This document shows positions 1 through 8,306 of a stretch of DNA of 13,028 nucleotides, in pieces. Each line of letters begins with the position of its first letter. Position 1 is the stretch's first letter. The position numbers were made by a program, and so were the translations under genes. The notes beneath the pieces are model-generated. The model was not told where the DNA came from and did no database searches. It was given only the letters and a program-made list of their open reading frames with translations. This DNA is from Octopus sinensis (taxonomy: Eukaryota): positions 1 through 13,028 of the forward strand of contig NW_021826368.1 of assembly GCF_006345805.1 (NCBI RefSeq), written 5' to 3'.

Positions 1-182
1 TTACATTATATATAAGGGCTTAGTAAATTAAATTACTTTGCCACATACTGAACTCATTAGAAATAGCAGCTAAAGAATTTCTCTCAGCTATCTCTAATAC
101 TTAAAGAAGATCCCTCTCAGAAGTGTTTGCCTAAACAACTCACAAAAGTATGGGGGAAAAAAACATTAAAAAATCAAGTGCA

Positions 183-252
183 AAGGTTATTTGAGAACGT
201 ACGTTTCTAGATTAGTCAATTCGACATTTCTTTCTTCAGCTCAGAATTCCTT
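183..252 (-). ncRNA. Putative type I hammerhead ribozyme, unit 1
   Basis: Minus strand reads AAGG-A-AUU-C-UGAG CUGAAGA A-AGA-AAU-GUC-GAAUU-GAC-UAA-UCU-A GAA ACG-UA-CGU U^CUCA-AAU-AA-CCUU. Core CUGANGA and GAAA are present, stem III is ACG/CGU, the triplet is GUU, and stem I is UGAG/CUCA + AUU/AAU + AAGG/CCUU. Predicted cleavage falls between plus positions 196 and 195. Confidence 0.75.
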
Positions 253-732
253 GAATCGGATTTGGGAACACTGAAAGTCGGGAGCATACCCTTTCGGCTT
301 CTATCACCTCTAGAATTCTGCTCGAACTAAAAGTGCTATCAAATTCGAATATGCAAGCGAAGAATTTCTGCTCTCCCCTTTCCACCAGCGTGGGTAAATT
401 GACAAACACCATGTATTAACGGTGAAAACCGCAGCATTTAGCAGAGAGAGATGAATTATAATTTCAACAATTGGGGTAAAATTAATTAATTATTAATCAA
501 TTTCACCAAGTATTCAGTATGTAAAGGGACCATTATAGGCGAATTCAAAATATTACATTATATATAAGGGCTTAGTAAAATAAATTACTTTGCCACATAC
601 TGAACTCATTAGAAATACAGCTAAAGAATTTCTTCAGCTATCTCTATACTTAAAGAAGATCTCTCTCAGAAAGTGTTTGCCTAACCAACTCACAAAAGTA
701 TGGGGGAAAAAAACATTAAAAAACCAAGTGCA

Positions 733-802
733 AAGGTTATTTGAGAACGTACGTTTCTAGATTAGTCAATTCGACATTTCTTTCTTCAGCTCAGAATTCC
801 TT
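733..802 (-). ncRNA. Putative type I hammerhead ribozyme, unit 2
   Basis: Same 70-nt sequence as 183-252. Confidence 0.75.
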
Positions 803-1289
803 GAATCGGATTTGGGAACACTGAAAGTCGGGAGCATACCCTTTCGGCTTCTAGTCACCTCTAGAATTCTGCTCGAACTAAAAGTGCTATCAAATTCGAA
901 TATGCAAGCGAAGAATTTCTGCTCTCCCCTTTCCACCAGCGTGGGTTAAAATTGACACACCATGTATTAACGGTGAAAACCGCAGCATTTAGCAGAGAGA
1001 GATGAATTATAATTTCAACAATTGAGGGTAAAATTAATTAATTATTAATCAATTTCACCAAGTATTCAGTATGTAAAGGGACCATTATAGGCGAATTCAA
1101 AATATTACATTATATATAAGGGCTTAGTAAAAAATTACTTTGCCACATACTGAACTCATTAGAAATAGCAGCTAAAGAAATTTCTTCAGCTATCTCTAAT
1201 ACTTAAAGAGATCTCTCTCTCTCATATAGTGTTTGCCTAAACCAACTCACAAAAGTATGGGGGAAAAAAACATTAAAAAATCAAGTGCA

Positions 1290-1360
1290 AAGGTTATTTG
1301 AGAACGTACGTTTCTAGATTAGTCAATTCGACATTACTTTCTTTCAGCTCAGAATTCCTT
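1290..1360 (-). ncRNA. Hammerhead-like motif, unit 3, variant core
   Basis: Same motif, but the plus strand reads ACATTACTTTCTTTCAGC instead of ACATTTCTTTCTTCAGC, so the core becomes CUGAAAGA. It is either a defective copy or a sequencing error. Confidence 0.5.
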
Positions 1361-1844
1361 GAATCGGATTTGGGAACACTGAAAGTCGGGAGCATACCCT
1401 TTCGGCTTCTAATCACCTCTAGAATTCTGCTCGAACTAAAAGTGCTATCAAATTCGAATATGCAAGCGAAGATTTCTGCTCTCCCCTTTCCACCAGCGTG
1501 GGTTAAAATTGACAAACACCATGTATTAACGGTGAAAACCGCAGCATTTAGCAGAGAGAGATGAATTATATTTCAACAATTGAGGGTAAAATTAATTAAT
1601 TATTAATCAATTTCACAAGTATTCAGTATGTAAAGGGACCATTATAGGCGAATTCCAAATATTACATTATATATAAGGGCTTAGTAAATTAAATTACTTT
1701 GCCACATACTGAACTCATTAGAAATAGCAGCTAAGAAATTTCTTCAGCTATCTCTAATACTTAAAGAAGATCTCTCTCAGATAGTGTTTGCCTAAACCAA
1801 CTCACAAAAGTATGGGGGAAAAAAACATTAAAAAATCAAGTGCA

Positions 1845-1914
1845 AAGGTTATTTGAGAACGTACGTTTCTAGATTAGTCAATTCGACATTTCTTTCTTCA
1901 GCTCAGAATTCCTT
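1845..1914 (-). ncRNA. Putative type I hammerhead ribozyme, unit 4
   Basis: Same 70-nt sequence as 183-252. Confidence 0.75.
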
Positions 1915-2401
1915 GAATCGGATTTGGGAACACTGAAAGTCGGGAGCATACCCTTTCGGCTTCTAATCACCTCTAGAATTCTGCTCGAACTAAAAGTGCT
2001 ATCAAATTCGAATATGCAAGCGAAGAATTTCTGCTCTCCCCTTTCCACCAGCGTGGGTTAAAATTGACAACCACCATGTATTAACGGTGAAAACCGCAGC
2101 ATTTAGCAGAGAGAGATGAATTATAATTTCAACAATTGAGGGTAAAATAATTAATTATTAATCAATTTCACCAAGTATTCAGTATGTAAAGGGACCATTA
2201 TAGGCGAATTCAAAATATTACATTATATATAAGGGCTTAGTAAATTAAATTACTTTGCCACATACTGAACTCATTAGAAATAGCAGCTAAAGAAATTTCT
2301 TCAGCTATCTCTAATACTTAAAGAAGATCTCTCTCAGAAAGTGTTTGCCTAAACCAACTCACAAAAGTATGGGGGAAAAAAACATTAAAAAATCAAGTGC
2401 A

Positions 2402-2471
2402 AAGGTTATTTGAGAACGTACGTTTCTAGATTAGTCAATTCGACATTTCTTTCTTCAGCTCAGAATTCCTT
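2402..2471 (-). ncRNA. Putative type I hammerhead ribozyme, unit 5
   Basis: Same 70-nt sequence as 183-252. Confidence 0.75.
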
Positions 2472-2958
2472 GAATCGGATTTGGGAACACTGAAAGTCGG
2501 GAGCATACCCTTTCGGCTTCTAATCACCTCTAGAATTCTGCTCGAACTAAAAGTGCTATCAAATTCGAATATGCAAGCGAAGAATTTCTGCTCTCCCCTT
2601 TCCACCAGCGTGGGTTAAAATTGACAAACACCATGTATTAACGGTGAAAACCGCAGCATTTAGCAGAGAGAGATGAATTATAATTCAACAATTGAGGGTA
2701 AAATTAATTAATTATTAATCAATTTCACCAAGTATTCAGTATGTAAAGGGACCATTATAGGCGAATTCAAAATATTACATTATATATAAGGGCTTAGTAA
2801 AATAAATTACTTTGCCACATACTGAACTCATTAGAAATAGCAGCTAAAGAAATTTCTTCAGCTATCTCTAATACTTAAAGAAGATCTCTCTCAGATAGTG
2901 TTTGCCTAAACCAACTCACAAAAGTATGGGGGAAAAAAACATTAAAAAATCAAGTGCA

Positions 2959-3028
2959 AAGGTTATTTGAGAACGTACGTTTCTAGATTAGTCAATTCGA
3001 CATTTCTTTCTTCAGCTCAGAATTCCTT
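2959..3028 (-). ncRNA. Putative type I hammerhead ribozyme, unit 6
   Basis: Same 70-nt sequence as 183-252. Confidence 0.75.
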
Positions 3029-3514
3029 GAATCGGATTTGGGAACACTGAAAGTCGGGAGCATACCTTTCGGCTTCTAATCACCTCTAGAATTCTGCTCG
3101 AACTAAAAGTGCTATCAAATTCGAATATGCAAGCGAAGAATTTCTGCTCTCCCCTTTCCACCAGCGTGGGTTAAAATTGACAAACACCATGTATTAACGG
3201 TGAAAACCGCAGCATTTAGCAGAGAGAGATGAATTATAATTTCAACAATTGAGGGTAAAATTAATTAATTATTAATCAATTTCACCAAGTATTCAGTATG
3301 TAAAAGGACCATTATAGGCGAATTCAAAATATTACATTATATATAAGGGCTTAGTAAAATAAATTACTTTGCCACATACTGAACTCATTAGAAATAGCAG
3401 CTAAAGAAATTTCTTCAGCTATCTCTAATACTTAAAGAAGATCTCTCTCAGATAGTGTTTGCCTAAATCAACTCACAAAAGTATGGGGGAAAAAACATTA
3501 AAAAATCAAGTGCA

Positions 3515-3584
3515 AAGGTTATTTGAGAACGTACGTTTCTAGATTAGTCAATTCGACATTTCTTTCTTCAGCTCAGAATTCCTT
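3515..3584 (-). ncRNA. Putative type I hammerhead ribozyme, unit 7 (partial unit)
   Basis: Same 70-nt sequence as 183-252. Confidence 0.75.
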
Positions 3585-3653
3585 GAATCGGATTTGGGAA
3601 CACTGAAAGTCGGGAGCATACCGTTTCGGCTTCTAATCACCTCTAGAATTCTG

Positions 3654-3769
3654 CTTCTTTAAGTATTAGAGATAGCTGAAGAAATTTCTTTAGCTGCTAT
3701 TTCTAATGACTTCAGCATGTGGCAAAGTAATTTATTTTACGAAGCCCTTATATATAACGTAATATTTTG
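3654..3769 (+). repeat. Inverted 116-bp fragment of the tandem unit capping the array
   Basis: Reverse complement of 3325-3440 with 4 substitutions in 116 bp. A 2-bp CT overlap marks the junction with the direct copy (3654-3655). Confidence 0.97.
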
Positions 3770-3953
3770 TATATATATATATATACATGCATATATATAT
3801 ATATGTATATATATATATGTATATATATATATGTATATATATATATATGTATATATATACATATGTATATATATGTATATTATATATATATATATAATAT
3901 ATGTATATATATATGTACATATATGTATATATATATATGTATATATATATACG

Positions 3954-3985
<32 letters not shown>

Positions 3986-4366
3986 TATGTATATATGTAA
4001 TATATATATATGTATATATATATGTGTATATATATATTATGTATATATATATAGTATATATATACATATGTATATATATATGTGTATATATATATGTATA
4101 AATATATACATAAATAATATATATATATGTGTATATATATACGTATATATATATATGTATAATATATATGTATATATATATTATATATATATATATACTA
4201 TATATATATATATACAATATATATATATATATATATATACAATATATATATATATACATATATAATATATATATATATATACATACATATATATATATAT
4301 ACATATATAATATATATATATATACATATATAATATATATGTATATATATATATATATCTATATAC

Positions 4367-4397
<31 letters not shown>

Positions 4398-4403
4398 CAT
4401 GTG

Positions 4404-4439
<36 letters not shown>

Positions 4440-4440
4440 T

Positions 4441-4471
<31 letters not shown>

Positions 4472-4507
4472 ATATATATATATATATGTATTTATATATA
4501 TATGTAT

Positions 4508-4538
<31 letters not shown>

Positions 4539-4833
4539 ATATATATATATATGTATATGTATATGTATATATGTATTATATATATATGTATATATATAAT
4601 ATGTATATATATATTATCTATATATATGTATATATATATATGTATATATATATATGTATATATATATATAATATATATATATATGTATATATTATCTATA
4701 TATTATATATATATAATATGTATATATATATATGTATATTAGATATATATATATATGTATATCTATATATATATATATGTATATAATATATATATATGTA
4801 TATATATATTATATATAATGTATATATATATAG

Positions 4834-4865
<32 letters not shown>

Positions 4866-4904
4866 ATATATATATATATTATATATATATATATATATAA
4901 TATA
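3770..4904. repeat. Long imperfect (AT)n microsatellite with ATGT/ATAC interruptions
   Basis: About 1.1 kb of TA dinucleotides. It explains all the YIYI-type ORFs in the track. Confidence 0.98.
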
Positions 4905-4951
4905 TCATCATCATCATCGTTTAGCGTCCGTTTTCCATGCTAGCCTGGGTT
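4905..4951 (-). mobile_element. 47-bp 3'-terminal fragment of an RTE-family LINE/SINE with (GAT)n tail
   Basis: Reverse complement AACCCAGGCTAGCATGGAAAACGGACGCTAAACGATGATGATGATGA matches 8420-8460 at 38 of 41 positions. Confidence 0.9.
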
Positions 4952-4974
4952 ACATATATATATATATATGTGTG

Positions 4975-5050
<76 letters not shown>
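4952..5050. repeat. (AT)n microsatellite
   Basis: Nearly pure TA repeat. Confidence 0.97.
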
Positions 5051-5057
5051 AATACGT

Positions 5058-7855
5058 AAGGTAATCGAGGTAGTCAGAGTAAGTGACAGAGTAATTAAAA
5101 TTAGATTAGTTCTTCACCATAGGACAGCTACCATCATCTAGGCATATGCCCCTCAACCAGGGCTACCGGAAGGACAAAAAGACCAATTCTATGACACCCT
5201 ATTTCGGACTACCTCATTGACAAATGACAGTGACCTTCTCTTCGTGGCAGGTGATTTCAATGGACATGTTGGACGACATGTCGGGGGCTTCCATGGCGTC
5301 CATGGAGGCTACGGTTTTGGCTCTCGAAATGAGGAAGGAACCAGCCTGCTGGAGTTCTGCGATGCAAATGACCTTATGGTCTGCAATACCCACTTCAGGA
5401 AACCCACCTCTCACCTAGTCACCTACCGTTCTGGCAGACACACCAGCCAGATTGACTACATCCTTGCCAGAAAAAGGGAAAGAGGGCTGATTATAAATAC
5501 CAAAACCTTCCCAGGCGAAGAATGTACTCCCCAACATAGATTAGTAGTTAGCGACTTCAGGATCAGAGCTAAATGGTTGCCCAGAAGAAGACCAGGTTGG
5601 AGGAGAAGGGTCTGGAAGCTTAAAGATCCTGCAAATGGACAGAGATTTAGAGACATACTACTCGAAGCCTCTGACGAAATAGAAGGGGATATAGCTTCAC
5701 TTAATGTGGAAGACAACTGGAGATTCCTATGGGACAATCTGCTGACAGCCATTGACCAGATCTGTGGATGGAGCAAAATACCATCTCGACCCAGAGTAAC
5801 ATGGTGGTGGAACACTGTGGTTGACAGGGCTATTAGACAAAAGAGACAGGCTTGGAAGGACTGGAAGAACGGTGGTAGCAGGGAATTGTATCAGACAGCC
5901 AAAAGGGAAGCTAGGAGACAGGTTTATTTAGCCAGAGGGGAAGCGGATAAGAAAAAATTTGCCAATGTTCTGAGCCGTGAGGATGAAAGACTTGAGGTAT
6001 TTCGTGTTGCAAGACAGTGTGTGAGAGAGAATCGTGATGTGGTAGGAGAGAAGTGTGTTCGCATGGATGATGGTTCACTTGCGCTAAATGAGGATGCAAA
6101 GAGAGAGGTTTGGAGATGCCACTATGAAAGGTTGCTGAATAAAGAAAATGAATGGGATAAAGAGAGTCTGCCGAATGTTGACCCAACAGAGGGACCAGCT
6201 ATCCGAGTTGATAGTTCCGTGGTAGCTAAGGCAATTAGAAGCATGAAGACAGGGAAAGCCCCAGATCCATCAGGAATTACTGCAGAGATGCTCAAAATAT
6301 CTGGCAGTGTCGGCTATAACCTAGTCACCCGTATAGTCAACCAGGTGATACACGAAGGAGTCATACCCAATGACTGGTGTAGCAGCATACTAGTCAACTG
6401 CTACAAAGGTAAAGGTGATGCCCTGGATACAAATAATTACAGAGGTATCAAGCTGTTGGATCAGGTAATGAAGGTTACGGAGAGGGTCATAGCCCAACTA
6501 ATTAGAGAGAGAGTTAGTTTAGATGAGATGCAGTTTGGGTTTGTCCCAGGGAAAAGCACCACTGATGCTATATTCCTGGTAAGGCAGCTGCAGGAGAAAT
6601 ACCTAGCCAAAGATAAGCCCCTGTACCTGGCTTTCGTTGACATGGAGAAAGCCTTTGATAGGGTCCCCCGATCCCTCATCTGGTGGTCAATGAGGAGACT
6701 AGGGATAGATGAATGGCTGGTGAGGGCTGTGCAAGCCATGTACAGAGATGCCGTAAGTAAGGTTAGAGTTGGCAGCATGTACACAGAAGAATCAAGGTAG
6801 AGGTTGGGGTCCACCAGGGTCAGTACTCAGCCCCCTCCTATTTATCATAGTCCTCCAGGCAATTGTGGAGGAATTCAAGACAGGTTGCCCCTGGGAGCTC
6901 CTCTATGCTGACGACCTCGCTCTAATCGCTGAGTCACTATCAGAACTGGAGGAGAAGTTCCAGGTGTGGAAGGAGGGTTAGAATCGAGGGGCCTTAGAGT
7001 CAACCTAGCTAAAACCAAAGTACTAATAAGTAGAAAGTTAGAAAATCCACAAATATCCTCAGGAAGATGGCCCTGCTCGATCTGTAGAAAAGGTGTAGGT
7101 AGAAACTCTATAAGATGTACCCAGTGTAAGCTATGGACACATAAGAGGTGCAGCAATGTCAAAGGTAGGCTAACTGGGAAGATAGTTTTTGTATGTGGCA
7201 GATGCTCTGGAGCATTGACCTCCGAAAATCTGCAGAAAACAACTTCCGTCACTTTCCGGGGGAAAAACTAGAAGTAGTTGATAGCTTCCGCTATCTAGGT
7301 GACCAAGTCAGTAGTGGGGGCGGGTGCGCTGAAAGTGTAACTGCTAGAATAAGAATAGCCTGGGCAAAGTTTAGGGAGCTCTTACCTCTGCTGGTGACTA
7401 AAGGCCTCTCGCTCAGAGTAAAAGGCAGACTGTATGATGCATGTGTACGAACAGCTATGCTACATGGCAGTGAAACATGGGCCGTGACTGCTGAGGACAT
7501 GCGTAAGCTTGTGAGGAACGAAGCCAGTATGCTCCGATGGATGTGTAATGTCAGTGTACTTACTCGACAGAGCGTTAGTACCTTGAGAGAAATGTTGTAC
7601 CTAAGAAGCATCAGTTGTTGTGTGCAAGAGAGACGATTGCGCTGGTATGGTCATGTGGCGAGAATGGATGAAGATAGGTGTGTGAGAAAGTGCCAATCCC
7701 TAGCAGTTGAGGGAACCCGTGGAAGAGGTAGACCCAGGAAAACCTGGGACGAAGTGGTGAAGCACGACCTTCGGACGTTAGGTCTCACCATGGAAATGAC
7801 TAGAGACCGAGACCTATGGAAGTATGCTGTGCGTGAGAAGACCCGGCAAGACTAG
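5058..7855 (+). pseudogene. RTE endonuclease-reverse transcriptase polyprotein, disrupted
   Basis: APE part: [18 protein letters not shown]...II*AYAPQ (TAG at 5139-5141), GDFNGHVG, SQIDYIL. RT part: YKGKGD..NYRGIKL, QFGFVPGKSTTDAIF, FVDMEKAFDRV, GVHQGSVLSPLLF, YADDL, VDSFRYLG. It ends VREKTRQD* at 7855. Four 1-bp losses at ~6792, ~6819, ~6979 and ~7258-7262 join ORFs 5217-6800, 6769-6981, 6966-7271 and 7193-7855. Confidence 0.93.
7074..7205 (+). other. C4HC3 (PHD-like) zinc finger within the RTE polyprotein
   Basis: CSIC-RKGVGRNSIR-CTQC-KLWT-H-KR-C-SNVKGRLTGKIVFV-CGRC, i.e. C-x2-C-x10-C-x2-C-x4-H-x2-C-x14-C-x2-C. Confidence 0.85.
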
Positions 7856-7953
7856 TGAAGCCATAATCCGTGGCCCCTACCTGGGACGTAGTCAGTCCAC
7901 CTGTGCATACCTTCCTTCTTGTGACACTTGTGAAGACCTGTTGAGGCAAGTGA

Positions 7954-7988
7954 GAATCGAATCAAATCAAATCGAACCAAATCAAAAT
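7954..7988 (+). repeat. (RAATC)n pentanucleotide tract in the RTE 3' UTR
   Basis: GAATC GAATC AAATC AAATC GAACC AAATC AAAAT. Confidence 0.85.
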
Positions 7989-8026
7989 AGATGAACATCA
8001 ATGGAATTTGTATCCTTGTGGTACCA

Positions 8027-8306
8027 GTGCCGGTGGCACATAAGAAAACCATTCGAACGTGATCGTAGCCAGTACCGCAACGACTGGCCTCCGTGCTGAG
8101 GGCACATAACAAACACCATCTGAGCGTGGCCGTCCGCCAGCCCCGTCTGGCACCTGTGTCGGTGACACATAGAAAACACCATCCGAGCGTGGCCGTCAGC
8201 CAGCCTCGTCTGGCACCTGTGTCGGTGGCACATAAAAAACACCATCCGAGCGTGGCCGTCTGCCAGCCTCGTCTGGCACCTGTGTCGGTGGCACATAAAA
8301 TCACCC
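8027..8306 (+). repeat. 63-bp minisatellite in the RTE 3' UTR (3 full units, 1 degenerate upstream unit, 1 partial)
   Basis: G(G/A)CACATA..AAACACCATC(C/T)GAGCGTGGCCGTC.GCCAGCC.CGTCTGGCACCTGTGTCGGT starts at 8101, 8164 and 8227, with a partial at 8290. A diverged 66-bp unit lies at 8035-8100. Confidence 0.95.

Larger units (their letters stand above)
1..3655. repeat. Tandem array of ~557-bp units (6 full plus 1 partial); continues off the left edge
   Basis: TTACATTATATATAAGGGCTT recurs at 1, 553, 1105, 1662, 2218, 2775 and 3332, giving units of 552, 552, 557, 556, 557 and 557 bp plus a partial unit ending at 3655. Units differ mostly by 1-bp indels and a few substitutions. Confidence 0.98.

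Noticed and set aside
1294-1564. 73-aa (-) and 88-aa (+) ORFs inside the tandem array
   Set aside because: They are called only in unit 3, where private indels shift the frame. The plus-strand frame hits a stop (CAC TGA) in the other units, and neither protein has a recognisable domain.
1-3655. Possible Penelope RT/GIY-YIG coding remnant, tRNA or 5S gene within the unit
   Set aside because: All six frames of the consensus are stop-rich. Short resemblances (YFEF, GRAEILRLH) are too small to support. No tRNA cloverleaf or A/B boxes were seen.
3711-3759. Substitutions in the inverted fragment as an A-to-I editing footprint
   Set aside because: Only 2 of 4 changes are A/G type, too few to tell from ordinary mutation.
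4195-4400. Apparent switch from G-interrupted to C-interrupted (AT)n, suggesting an internal inversion
   Set aside because: C and G interruptions are mixed elsewhere in the tract, no breakpoint can be placed, and such tracts are error-prone in assemblies.
3717-4943. Many long Y/I/V/M/C-rich ORFs on both strands
   Set aside because: They are translations of the (AT)n microsatellite, which lacks stop codons by composition.
5214-7611. Antisense and alternate-frame ORFs over the RTE, and likewise 10039-10722, 11132-12087 and 12818-13009 over the CR1-like element
   Set aside because: They are shadow ORFs of real coding frames with no independent motifs.
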